A stretch of DNA of 64,000 bases from Candidatus Staskawiczbacteria bacterium (lineage in GTDB: Bacteria; Patescibacteriota; Minisyncoccia; Minisyncoccales; Staskawiczbacteraceae): positions 136,477 through 200,476 of the forward strand of contig CAIKWD010000026.1 of the NCBI GenBank assembly GCA_903831095.1, read 5' to 3'. The number at the start of each line of letters is the position of its first letter. Position 1 is the stretch's first letter. The notes beneath the pieces were generated by a model. The model ran no database searches. It saw only the letters and a program-made list of their open reading frames with translations, and was not told the DNA's origin. The position numbers and the translations under genes are program-made. Below, piece after piece: positions 7,616 to 17,234 of the stretch.

Positions 7616-9007
7616 ATGGATATCAAAAATTTTAAGGTAGCTTTGTCACAAATTGCAGAAGAGAGGGGAATATCACCAGAAAAGGTGATAGAGACAATTG
7701 AGTCGGCAATAGCTACAGCATATAAGAAAGACTACGGAGAAAAAGGGCAGAAAATCAAAGCTAAGTTTAACCCGGTATCGGGTGACGTTAAGTTTTGGCA
7801 AGTAAAATTGGTTGTAAACAACGACATGCTTTATACTGACGAGGAAATTGAAGAAATGCAGGAAAGAAAGGAAATCCCACAAGACGAGGCTAGAGCTGGA
7901 GAAGAAGCTCCAAAGAAATATGTGTTCAATCCTGAAAAGCACATAATGATTGACGAGGCCAAAAAAGATTATCCAAAAATTAAGCTTGGTGAAGAAATTG
8001 AAATTCCTTTAGTTTCAAAACAGGATTACGGCAGAATTGCAGCTCAAACTGCCAAGCAAGTTATTTTACAAAAAATCAGGGAAGCTGAGAAAGAAACTAT
8101 TTCTTCAGAATACAGGTCTAAAGAAGGGGAAATTGTTTCGGGAATTGTACAAAGAGTTGAAGGCCACACAGTGTTTGTGGATATTGGAAAGACTTTGGGA
8201 ATTCTAAATAGGGAAGAACAAATACCTGGAGAATTTTACAGACCAAGCCAAAGGCTCAAGCTATATATAATGAAGGTGGAAGATACACCAAAGGGTTCGG
8301 TTGTCATGCTTTCAAGAGCTTATCCAAAACTTATATCAAAATTGTTTGAGTTGGAAGTGCCAGAAGTTGCTTCTGGGACAGTTGTTATAAAAGCAATTGC
8401 TAGAGAACCTGGATATAGAACAAAGATTGCAGTTTCTTCAAACGAGGAGGGAGTTGACCCAATTGGAGCTTGTGTTGGACAAAGGGGAACAAGAATTATG
8501 GCTGTTATAAATGAACTTGGCGGAGAAAAGATTGACGTAATTGCTTGGGAAGAAAAACCTGAGAAATTTATTGCCAACTCTTTGTCGCCAGCTAAAATTG
8601 TCAAAGTGCAGGTTGAGGATAAAAATACCGCCATTGTATTTGTGCCGGAAGATCAGCTTTCTTTGGCTATTGGAAAAGATGGAAGAAATGTAAGATTGGC
8701 TGCAAACTTAACAGGATGGAAAATAGACATTAAAATGTCTGACAAAGTTGTCGAAGAAACTGAAGGGGGAGAAGAAGTAGTTGTAGAAGATGGCGAGCCA
8801 GTTAAAGAAGAATCCGCCTCCGCCAAGGCTTCAGCGGACAAAGAAAAGCCAAAGAAAGAAAAGAAAGTTGTCAAAAAAGCCAAGAAAGCCGTTTTAGAGG
8901 AAATTAAAGAAGAGGAGGCAGAAACAATTGAGGAGGAAATTCCTGAAGAGTTGCCTGCTGAGGAAGCAGTAGAAGAAACTGAACAAACTCCAGCAGAAGA
9001 AAAATAA
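7616..9007 (+). CDS. nusA: Transcription termination/antitermination factor NusA
   Basis: GRIAAQTAKQVI, S1 domain, AREPGYRTKIAV, GACVGQRG, AIGKDGRNVRLA; acidic tail; ATG at 7616. Confidence 0.96.
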   Translation: MDIKNFKVALSQIAEERGISPEKVIETIESAIATAYKKDYGEKGQKIKAKFNPVSGDVKFWQVKLVVNNDMLYTDEEIEEMQERKEIPQDEARAGEEAPKKYVFNPEKHIMIDEAKKDYPKIKLGEEIEIPLVSKQDYGRIAAQTAKQVILQKIREAEKETISSEYRSKEGEIVSGIVQRVEGHTVFVDIGKTLGILNREEQIPGEFYRPSQRLKLYIMKVEDTPKGSVVMLSRAYPKLISKLFELEVPEVASGTVVIKAIAREPGYRTKIAVSSNEEGVDPIGACVGQRGTRIMAVINELGGEKIDVIAWEEKPEKFIANSLSPAKIVKVQVEDKNTAIVFVPEDQLSLAIGKDGRNVRLAANLTGWKIDIKMSDKVVEETEGGEEVVVEDGEPVKEESASAKASADKEKPKKEKKVVKKAKKAVLEEIKEEEAETIEEEIPEELPAEEAVEETEQTPAEEK

Positions 9008-9016
9008 TTTTATTCT

Positions 9017-9769
9017 ATGGCAGAATTTGGAAAAAGCGAATCATCTGAGAACATATATATAGAAGAGCCAGAACACCTAGAAGGTTCCAAGCCAATTATA
9101 GCTTGTATTGGGACTGAAAAAGAACACGAAAAAGGATGGAAACAAATTGAGAATATTAATGATTCTGGTTTGGATGTTAATTTTTTTGGGAAAACAATGG
9201 AATTAATTGGAAAAGGGTTTAAGGCTGGAGGAGAACAAACATATGTCATTTCACCAATTACAGAAAAGCCTTTGAGGACAAGAGGTCTTAGAGATTGCAC
9301 TAGCGTAGTTGTAGTTGGCACAGATGCTAAAACAGGAGAACAAATATCTTTTATAAGCCATCAAAACCCAAAGGAATTTTTAAAAGATATTAAAGACCGA
9401 TTTACGCGTGATTTTAATGAAAGCTTGGAAGAATTAAAAAATAGATGTGTGCCCGGATCTATTGATGTGGTTATATGTGGAGGAAGGAATAATCCGTCAG
9501 CGGTAGAAGGTTATAAAAATTCATTGAAAACATTAAGTTCTGCTATAAATGAAAGGATGGGATTTGTTCCAACAGTTATTTGCGGTTCAAAAAATGCTGG
9601 AGAAGATGATATTTATTTTAAGCCTAAAGATAGACAATTGCATATAGTTCGCCCAGATGGAGTTATTTTGGACAATCGTTCCTTCCTTGCAACACCTGAA
9701 AATATTGATCAGATAAAATCAGCTGGAAAAGATGGGATGGAAGATCTTAGTAATTTACATATTTCATAA
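9017..9769 (+). CDS. Hypothetical protein, CheD/CNF1/YfiH-like Cys-His fold
   Basis: TRGLRDCTSVVVVG...FISHQ...DVVICGG. Confidence 0.4.
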   Translation: MAEFGKSESSENIYIEEPEHLEGSKPIIACIGTEKEHEKGWKQIENINDSGLDVNFFGKTMELIGKGFKAGGEQTYVISPITEKPLRTRGLRDCTSVVVVGTDAKTGEQISFISHQNPKEFLKDIKDRFTRDFNESLEELKNRCVPGSIDVVICGGRNNPSAVEGYKNSLKTLSSAINERMGFVPTVICGSKNAGEDDIYFKPKDRQLHIVRPDGVILDNRSFLATPENIDQIKSAGKDGMEDLSNLHIS

Positions 9770-9887
9770 ATTAAAATTAAAAAATAATTAATTAGCAGTT
9801 AAAGGCATCGCCTCGCTTGAAACAATAAAGCAATTTATATATCATGTTTCAATCTCGGCATGAATTTACTCGCTTGCTCATAAATTC

Positions 9888-11897
9888 ATGAGTCTATTAT
9901 TATTTCCGATAATCGTATCGCTATTTGCGATAGCATTTGTATGGTTTCTGGTTACGCAAATCAAGCGCGCGCCAGTTGCTGGAGACAAGGCAATTGCAAT
10001 TACAGCAGCAGTTCAGGAGGGTGCTATGTCTTACTTAAAAAGGCAGTACAAGACAATTGCTATAGTGGGAATAGTTTTGTTTTTACTTCTTTTACTCCCA
10101 ATTCAGGGTTTTGGATGGAAAGTTGCCATTGGGTTTTTAATTGGAGCAGTTTTAAGCGGAGTTTCAGGATTTATTGGAATGATAGTTTCTACACAAGCCA
10201 ATACCAGAGTTGCCGAAGCCGCCAGAAAAGGTATGGCAAAAGCTTTAGATATTGCTTTTAAAGGAGGTTTAATAACGGGTTTAATGGTTGTAAGCTTGGG
10301 ATTATTGGCAGTTTCAGGATATTATATGTTAACTAAAGACATTAATGGATTAATTGGCTTGGGTTTTGGAGCTTCATTAATATCCGTCTTTGCCAGAGTT
10401 GGTGGAGGCATTTATACAAAAGCTGCAGACGTAGGAGCTGACTTGGTAGGTAAGGTTGAAAAAGGAATACCTGAAGATGATCCAAGAAATCCAGCAGTTA
10501 TAGCAGATCAAGTTGGAGACAACGTTGGAGACTGTGCAGGAATGGCAGCAGATATTTTTGAAACTTATGCAGTTACAACTGTTGCTACAATGATTTTGGC
10601 CAGCTTATTATTTCCAAACTCAGTACCAGCAATTATGTTGCCTTTAATATTGGGAAGCGTAGCTATTTTAGCCTCTATAATTGGAAGCTTTTTTGTAAGG
10701 CTCGGCAAAAAGCAGAATATAATGGGATCTATGTACAAGGGTTTGGCTGCAACAGTTATTTTATCTGCAGGTGCTTTCTTGCCTATTATTCTAAAGTATA
10801 TGCCTACGTTGTATATTTCAGGCAGGACAATTACCCCAATACAGCTTTATTTTTCTACAATAGTTGGTTTGGTAATTGCTATTGGAATGTTTGTGATTAC
10901 AGAATGGTACACTTCAAAAGATTACAGCCCAGTCAAATCTATTGCCAAAGCCAGTGAAACAGGACACGCTACAAACATAATAAGGGGATTGGGAATTGGA
11001 ATGCAGTCTACAGCTTACCCAGTTTTGCTTATAGCTTTAGGAACAATTGTAAGCTTCTGGTTAGCTGGCATTTACGGAGTGGCGCTGGCTGTTATGGCAA
11101 TGCTTTCAATTTCGGGAATAGTTGTAGGAGTTGACGCTTATGGTCCAATTACAGACAACGCCGGAGGAATTGCAGAAATGTCTGGAATGCCAGAAGATGT
11201 TAGAAAAATTACCGATGCTTTGGATGCAGTTGGAAACACAACAAAAGCAGTTACAAAAGGATACGCCATTGCTTCTGCTGGATTAGCGGCCTTGGTTTTA
11301 TTTTCAGCATACGTTCAAGAAGTTGGTGGAAAGGGAGTTATAGATTTCTCTTTAACAAATGCTCAAGTTATCGCAGGACTTTTAATTGGAGGATTGCTTC
11401 CATATTTATTTGCTTCATTTTTAATGGGAGCTGTTGGAAAAACAGCTGGAAAAGTTGTTGATGAAGTTAGAAGACAATTCCGCGATATTAAAGGATTAAT
11501 GGAAGGAACTGCCAAACCAGAATACGGAAAAGCAGTTGATATTGTTACAAAAGCAGCAATTAAAGAAATGATGATACCAGCTTTGTTGCCAATCGTAGCT
11601 CCAATATTAGTTGGAAAGATTTTGGGAGTTGAAGCTTTAGGAGGGATGTTAATTGGAGCAATTGTGACAGGATTGTTTGTTGGAATTTCAATGACAACAG
11701 GAGGTGCAGCTTGGGACAACGCCAAAAAATATATTGAGGGCGGAGCATTTGGAGGCAAGGGAGGTGATGCTCACAAAGCAGCAGTTACAGGAGATACAGT
11801 TGGTGACCCATATAAAGACACAGCAGGGCCAGCTATTAACCCTATGATCAAAGTGCTCAACATTGTCGCTTTGCTTATTGTCGCATTCTTAATTTAG
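9888..11897 (+). CDS. hppA: Membrane-bound ion-translocating pyrophosphatase, probably K+-independent H+-pumping
   Basis: [48 protein letters not shown] carries the Lys diagnostic of K+-independent enzymes. Confidence 0.95.
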   Translation: MSLLLFPIIVSLFAIAFVWFLVTQIKRAPVAGDKAIAITAAVQEGAMSYLKRQYKTIAIVGIVLFLLLLLPIQGFGWKVAIGFLIGAVLSGVSGFIGMIVSTQANTRVAEAARKGMAKALDIAFKGGLITGLMVVSLGLLAVSGYYMLTKDINGLIGLGFGASLISVFARVGGGIYTKAADVGADLVGKVEKGIPEDDPRNPAVIADQVGDNVGDCAGMAADIFETYAVTTVATMILASLLFPNSVPAIMLPLILGSVAILASIIGSFFVRLGKKQNIMGSMYKGLAATVILSAGAFLPIILKYMPTLYISGRTITPIQLYFSTIVGLVIAIGMFVITEWYTSKDYSPVKSIAKASETGHATNIIRGLGIGMQSTAYPVLLIALGTIVSFWLAGIYGVALAVMAMLSISGIVVGVDAYGPITDNAGGIAEMSGMPEDVRKITDALDAVGNTTKAVTKGYAIASAGLAALVLFSAYVQEVGGKGVIDFSLTNAQVIAGLLIGGLLPYLFASFLMGAVGKTAGKVVDEVRRQFRDIKGLMEGTAKPEYGKAVDIVTKAAIKEMMIPALLPIVAPILVGKILGVEALGGMLIGAIVTGLFVGISMTTGGAAWDNAKKYIEGGAFGGKGGDAHKAAVTGDTVGDPYKDTAGPAINPMIKVLNIVALLIVAFLI

Positions 11898-11908
11898 TAC
11901 TAAAATTC

Positions 11909-11933
11909 AAAGACCGCCGAAAGGCGGTCTTTT
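11909..11933 (+). terminator. Intrinsic terminator after hppA
   Basis: AGACCGCC-GAAA-GGCGGTCT followed by a T run. Confidence 0.8.
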
Positions 11934-12019
11934 GTTTTAGAAAATTTATAATTAAAAAATAAATAATAAAAAAGGAGAAGCGTTAAGCTTCTCTTTTGTT
12001 TTATATGTTTGCTAAAATT

Positions 12020-13402
12020 CTACAGATATTTTTTTATGTCCCAGTCGGTGACCGACTGGCTGTGTTCTCTCCAATTTTTCATGCCAAGCATGAACAGAGT
12101 ATCAATGATGAAATCTCCCATTCCTTTTCTGAGCATTTTGCTTTTCTGAGTTAGTAAAAGGGCTTCAGCAAGGTTTCCCGGTAACTCTTCTACGCCGTCG
12201 TGGTCGTGGTAGAGGTTTCTTTTATCAGGAGGGGAGAGCTTCAAATTTTGTTCAATTCCGGCCAGTCCTGCCAAAAGCAAAGCGGAAAACCCTAGGTAAG
12301 GGTTACACATTGGGTCGGGAGCCCTGTATTCTACTCTGACCTTTGTGGTTCCTTTTGAGTGACCTCTGCAAAGTGCCGTCCTATTGAGCCAGTCCCACGA
12401 AATTCGTGTGGGCGCTTCTGCTCCCGGAACAAGACGCTTGTAGCTTATTGTCGTCGAGTTGGTTAAGGAGGTTACTTCATCTGCGTACTTTAGAAGTCCT
12501 GCAATGAATTTTTTCCCTAAGTCAGAAAGTCCGTCTGGCTTTCTTGGGTCATAAAATAGGTTAACCTCTTTTCCATCAATAACACCAGAGATGTTTATAT
12601 GCACATGCATTCCACTACCGTTTACATTTTGGTTAAATTTTGGAATGAAGGACGCTCTCAGACTATTTTTTTCAGCCACTGTGCTGATAATGTCCTTGGC
12701 AGTCATGGTTCCATCGGCAATACGCAAAACATTGCCGTGTCCTATACCAATTTCGCATTGGTACGTAGCAACTTCGGTATGGAACTTCTCTTTTTTAAGC
12801 GCAACTACTCCCAAATGGCGAGTAATTGTCTTTAGGGTTTCATTGACCCGGCTTTCTGGAGGAACAAAATAATGGTCGTTCTTCAGGTTGGGGTCAAGAT
12901 GGATATTGGAGGCGTCGTATTCTGCTGGCAAAAGTAAAAACTCGAGTTCTGGCGCAAAAAGCGCTTTTACTCTTGAGATTTTCATTTTTGGATGTTGCCT
13001 TTTTATAAGGTTTTCCATCTTTTTTACAACTTGTTTGAGAATGCCCCGACTGCAACCTTTAAAAGGTTTAAGTGTGTCACCCTCTTTTTCAGCAGGATGA
13101 AAAACATCGCAGATTACCTGCGCCGTGTCTGGTGACCATGGAACCATAAAAAGAGTCGAAGTGTCTGGGACAAGAACCATGTCACTTTCAGTAGGGGGAA
13201 TTATCTTCCCGAATACTGAAGATCCGTCAACAGTGGTAATTCCAGTGCTGCCAATCTGTTCTTTGGTAACGGTTACTTCACGGAGATTACCTGCAATGTC
13301 AGTCAACTGACACCGCATAAATTCAACATTTTTGTTCTTTTCGAAGAAATCGGCAAAAACCGTTTTCCTGTTGTTTGCTTCTTTAGCGCCTGCTTTTTTC
13401 AT
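12020..13402 (-). CDS. glnA: Type I glutamine synthetase family protein
   Basis: DGSS, APELEF, HTEVA..QCEI, NGSGMHVH, YKRLVPGAEAP, NRTALCR, VEYRAPDPMCNPYL. Confidence 0.88.
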   Translation of the reverse strand: MKKAGAKEANNRKTVFADFFEKNKNVEFMRCQLTDIAGNLREVTVTKEQIGSTGITTVDGSSVFGKIIPPTESDMVLVPDTSTLFMVPWSPDTAQVICDVFHPAEKEGDTLKPFKGCSRGILKQVVKKMENLIKRQHPKMKISRVKALFAPELEFLLLPAEYDASNIHLDPNLKNDHYFVPPESRVNETLKTITRHLGVVALKKEKFHTEVATYQCEIGIGHGNVLRIADGTMTAKDIISTVAEKNSLRASFIPKFNQNVNGSGMHVHINISGVIDGKEVNLFYDPRKPDGLSDLGKKFIAGLLKYADEVTSLTNSTTISYKRLVPGAEAPTRISWDWLNRTALCRGHSKGTTKVRVEYRAPDPMCNPYLGFSALLLAGLAGIEQNLKLSPPDKRNLYHDHDGVEELPGNLAEALLLTQKSKMLRKGMGDFIIDTLFMLGMKNWREHSQSVTDWDIKKYL

Positions 13403-13544
13403 TTTCTGTCTCCTTGTTAATTTTTTCTGTAGTTTTTAGTTTAAATGAACCGGCTTGATTATAGCAGATATTATTTTTGATTCAATATGGTTTTTGATAT
13501 AATACAATAATAGGCAAATAAAATATTATTAAATTAAAAAAAAT

Positions 13545-13949
13545 ATGGCAGATAAAAATATGAAACAATTTTTAAGAGATGCAATAGGATGGGGGATTGG
13601 GTTGTGGTTTGTTGGCTGGGTACTGGGCATAATTGCTTTTATGGTAGTTCCAAAAGATATGATAGGTTGGGTTGTTTCCCCTATTGGAATTGTAATAACG
13701 CTTTGGGTCTTGCTGAAAAAGATAAACCCGCCTACTGGCGAGGCAGGTAGCGAAAATATTTCTTATTATCTGAGAATCGCCATTGTTTGGACAATAATTG
13801 CAATTGTTTTTGATTATTTATTTTTAGTTTTGTTATTTAAGCCAGCTGGCGGATATTACAAGCTGGATGTTTACATTTATTACACTACAACCTTTGTACT
13901 TCCCCTATTAGTTGGGTATTTCAAAACTAAAAATTTTAAAAAAAATTAA
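13545..13949 (+). CDS. Hypothetical 4-TM membrane protein
   Basis: Four hydrophobic segments. Confidence 0.7.
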   Translation: MADKNMKQFLRDAIGWGIGLWFVGWVLGIIAFMVVPKDMIGWVVSPIGIVITLWVLLKKINPPTGEAGSENISYYLRIAIVWTIIAIVFDYLFLVLLFKPAGGYYKLDVYIYYTTTFVLPLLVGYFKTKNFKKN

Positions 13950-13950
13950 T

Positions 13951-14649
13951 ATGAAACAGTGGAATGAAATATTTAAGGAAGATGGAAGAGTTTTTCTTGA
14001 ACCGCAAAAAGATATGCCGAGGATAGCAAAGCTGTTTAAGAAAAAAGGCATAAAAAGAATACTTGATTTGGGTTGTGGTTCAGGGAGACATACAGTTTAT
14101 TTGGCTAAGAATGGATTTGATGTTTATGGGTTTGATATAGCTCCTGTTGGTATAAACCTTGCAAAAAAATGGTTAAAGCAAGAAAAGCTAAAAGCAAAAT
14201 TTAGAATAGGTTCTGTATTTGGGAAATTACCTTACAAGGATAATTTTTTTGACGCTTTAATATCTACTCAAGTCATTAATCATGCAGAAATTAGCGACAT
14301 TAGAAAGTTAATCAAAGAAATGGAGAGAGTATTAAAGCCCAAGGGACTAATATTTATTACAGTGATGCAGAAAACTGGGCTGAAAGAATGGAAGCAGAAA
14401 AATTGGAAAATAAATTCTATCCGAGAAGAGGTTTCCCTTGGAGACGACGGGATCTCGGTAATGAAAAATAAATACAAAATAATTGGCCCTCAAACATATG
14501 TATATCTTGAAGGCGGAGAAAAAGGGTTAATTCATTATATTTTTAATAAAAATATAGTCAGAAAGGAATTTAAAAATTTTAAAATTCCTAATATTTGGCT
14601 CAGTCCTAATAAGCGTCACGACTGTTTTTTGGGAGAATTGAACAAGTAA
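13951..14649 (+). CDS. Class I SAM-dependent methyltransferase
   Basis: ILDLGCGSGRH, YGFDIA, LPYKDNFFD, RVLKPKG. Confidence 0.88.
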   Translation: MKQWNEIFKEDGRVFLEPQKDMPRIAKLFKKKGIKRILDLGCGSGRHTVYLAKNGFDVYGFDIAPVGINLAKKWLKQEKLKAKFRIGSVFGKLPYKDNFFDALISTQVINHAEISDIRKLIKEMERVLKPKGLIFITVMQKTGLKEWKQKNWKINSIREEVSLGDDGISVMKNKYKIIGPQTYVYLEGGEKGLIHYIFNKNIVRKEFKNFKIPNIWLSPNKRHDCFLGELNK

Positions 14650-14765
14650 ATTATCTAGCAAAAAAGTGGGTTGAGTCCTGCTTTTTAGTTGATTTTTGGC
14701 AAAAAAAAGCCGAGTTGAGCTCATATAATGGGCTCAAAACGGCATTGGAGTTTTTGGGAGAAAAT

Positions 14766-15014
14766 TTATCCTCCACAACCTTCGCAAAAAGCTTGCGTTG
14801 TGATTTCACTTGGTTCACAGAGCATATTTGCTTTATAACAGATTAGTTCAAACCTCCGATTTCCTCGGCGTATACTACTTGAGCGCAAGCCCATTCTATG
14901 AATTTGTGCAATTGCGTCTTTAACGCAGATTGCTTGGAGCTCGCCTCTTTTTATGCAGCCGCTTTTTTTAAAGCCCTTGTAGAAAAATCTTTTTAAAGCA
15001 TTTTCTTTAGGCAT
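14766..15014 (-). CDS. Small hypothetical protein
   Basis: 82-aa ORF with AAGGAG SD and a boxA-like leader motif. Confidence 0.55.
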   Translation of the reverse strand: MPKENALKRFFYKGFKKSGCIKRGELQAICVKDAIAQIHRMGLRSSSIRRGNRRFELICYKANMLCEPSEITTQAFCEGCGG

Positions 15015-15186
15015 TTTTTGTTTCTCCTTATTTTGTGTTGAGTTGTTGAAAGAGCGTTAATACAAATACTATAGCATTAAGAATTTTAAATCAAGCCTTT
15101 TGGAAGGTTGATTTTTTGGGTAAAAAAGGGTATTCTATATAATTATTATTCGTAAAATAAAATATTAAAAATAATTAAATAAAAAA

Positions 15187-16455
15187 ATGGAAGTAAAACA
15201 AAAGAAGTTGCCAAAAAGTCAGATAGAGTTGGAGTTTGAGATTACAGCAGAGGAATTTAAGGAACACACAGCCCACGCAATAGAGCATATGAAGGGCCAT
15301 ATTAAAGTTGATGGATTTCGCCCAGGAAAGGCTCCAGCAAGTATGGTGGAAGAAAAAATAAAACCCGAAGCTTTGCTTATGGAAGCTGGAGATCACGCAG
15401 TACAGCATGTTTATACAGATTATATAAAAACCAGCAAATTAGAGCCAGTTGGAAATCCAGAGGTTTCTATTGTAAAAATTGCCCAGGGTTCGCCCTTTGT
15501 GTTTAAGGCTGTAATAACAGTATTGCCAGAAGTTGAGTTGCCAGAGTATAAAGAAATTGCCAAAACAGTCAAAGGACAGGAAATTACTGTGACCGATGAA
15601 GAAGTTTTAGAGTCTTTGAATTATTTACAGAAAACTAGGGCAAAGTTTACTTTGAAAAATGAGCCAGCTGACAAGAAAGATTTTGTGGAAATAAAATATA
15701 CCAACAAAGATATAAACGATGGTAAAGAAGTAGATGACAAGTTTATTTTAAGCGAGGGCGGATTTATGAATGGATTTGAACAAAATATAATTGGCATGAA
15801 AGCAGGGGAGGAGAAAGAGTTTACTGTAAAGTTTCCAGAAACTTCTCCAAGAAAAGATTTGGCAGGGAAAGATGCCAGTTTTAAAGTGAAAGTTGTTTCT
15901 GTACAGAAAATGGAATTGCCAGAAATAAACGACGAGTTTGCCAAACAGCTTGGCGCCTTTGATACTTTAGTAGCTTTGAAAGCTAGTATGAAAGAAGGCA
16001 TTACCCATGAAAAAACAGAAGAGGAAAAACAGAGAAAGAGAGGAGAAATTTTAAATAAAATAGCTGAAAAGGCAAAATTTGAAATGCCAGAAGCCATGGT
16101 TGAATATGAAAAAGAAAGATTGCTTGAAGATTTAAAAAACAAAATTGCCCAAAATATCAAAATCAGCTTTGAGGAGTATTTGGCTTCTATAAAAAAGACA
16201 GAGCAGGAAATAAAGGAAACCTATCAAAAAGAGGCTGAAAAGAGGCTTCGTGGGTTCTTGGTTTTGAGAGAACTTGGAAAGAAAGAAAGCGTTTCTGTTA
16301 CTGATGAAGAGATTACAGAAGAGGTAGCAAAATCCGTCAAAAACTACACTCCAGAGCAATTAAAGCAAATTGACATAAGTGAGCTAAAAGAGTATACTAA
16401 GGGTGTGATTCAGAATGAGAAAATTTTCCAAATCTTGGAAAAAATGGCTCAATAA
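15187..16455 (+). CDS. tig: Trigger factor
   Basis: GFRPGKAP ribosome-binding motif, FKBP domain, upstream of clpP. Confidence 0.95.
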   Translation: MEVKQKKLPKSQIELEFEITAEEFKEHTAHAIEHMKGHIKVDGFRPGKAPASMVEEKIKPEALLMEAGDHAVQHVYTDYIKTSKLEPVGNPEVSIVKIAQGSPFVFKAVITVLPEVELPEYKEIAKTVKGQEITVTDEEVLESLNYLQKTRAKFTLKNEPADKKDFVEIKYTNKDINDGKEVDDKFILSEGGFMNGFEQNIIGMKAGEEKEFTVKFPETSPRKDLAGKDASFKVKVVSVQKMELPEINDEFAKQLGAFDTLVALKASMKEGITHEKTEEEKQRKRGEILNKIAEKAKFEMPEAMVEYEKERLLEDLKNKIAQNIKISFEEYLASIKKTEQEIKETYQKEAEKRLRGFLVLRELGKKESVSVTDEEITEEVAKSVKNYTPEQLKQIDISELKEYTKGVIQNEKIFQILEKMAQ

Positions 16456-16491
16456 ATCATAAATATACAAATTAAAAAATTAAATTAACGA

Positions 16492-17073
16492 ATGCCAATA
16501 GTACCAACTATTGTAGAAAGAACACAGCGCGGTGAGCGCGCATACGATATATTTTCAAGGCTTTTAGAAGAGCGTATAATTTTTTTGGCTGGGCCAGTAA
16601 CAGACATGAATGCAAATGTGGTTATTGCTCAGATGCTTTATTTAGCATCAAAAGATTCAAAAAGAGATATCAAGCTTTATATAAACAGCCCAGGAGGTTC
16701 GGTTACAGCGGGATTAGCTATTTTTGACACAATGCAATACTTAAAATGCCCGGTTTCCACCATTTGCATAGGTCTTACAGCTTCGATGGCAGCAGTTATT
16801 TTGGCAGCAGGCACAAAGGGAAAGAGATTTTCTCTGCCTAATGCTGAAATACTTCTGCATCAAGTTGCCGGAGGTATGCAGGGTCAGGCGACAGACATTG
16901 AAATTACTGCCAAACAGATTGTTTTGATGAAAGAGAAATTAAATAAGATCTTGTCAGCTGCCACAGGACAGTCATTAGCCAAGGTGGAAAAAGACACTGA
17001 TAGGGATTTTTATTTAACACCGCAAGAAGCTGTAAAATACGGTCTAATCGACGAAGTGATTGGCGGCAAATAA
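16492..17073 (+). CDS. clpP: ATP-dependent Clp protease proteolytic subunit
   Basis: [33 protein letters not shown]. Confidence 0.97.
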   Translation: MPIVPTIVERTQRGERAYDIFSRLLEERIIFLAGPVTDMNANVVIAQMLYLASKDSKRDIKLYINSPGGSVTAGLAIFDTMQYLKCPVSTICIGLTASMAAVILAAGTKGKRFSLPNAEILLHQVAGGMQGQATDIEITAKQIVLMKEKLNKILSAATGQSLAKVEKDTDRDFYLTPQEAVKYGLIDEVIGGK

Positions 17074-17146
17074 CCTCCTTTTTTAAGTTTTAGAAAATAT
17101 ATCATATGCAAGCTCACTGAGTAAGTGAGTTTTATTTATTTAATCA

Positions 17147-17223
17147 TCGCTCGGCAACAATCTTTTTTCCGGCTATCTGGCACTTCGTGTCTCAGAGGCC
17201 TACAAAAAGTTTATTGCCTCGCT
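17147..17223 (+). repeat. 77-nt hairpin repeat element upstream of rny
   Basis: TCGCTCGGCAACAATCTTTTT...CACTTCGTG...AAAAAGTTTATTGCCTCGCT. Confidence 0.75.
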
Positions 17224-17234
17224 TTCAAAAAAAC

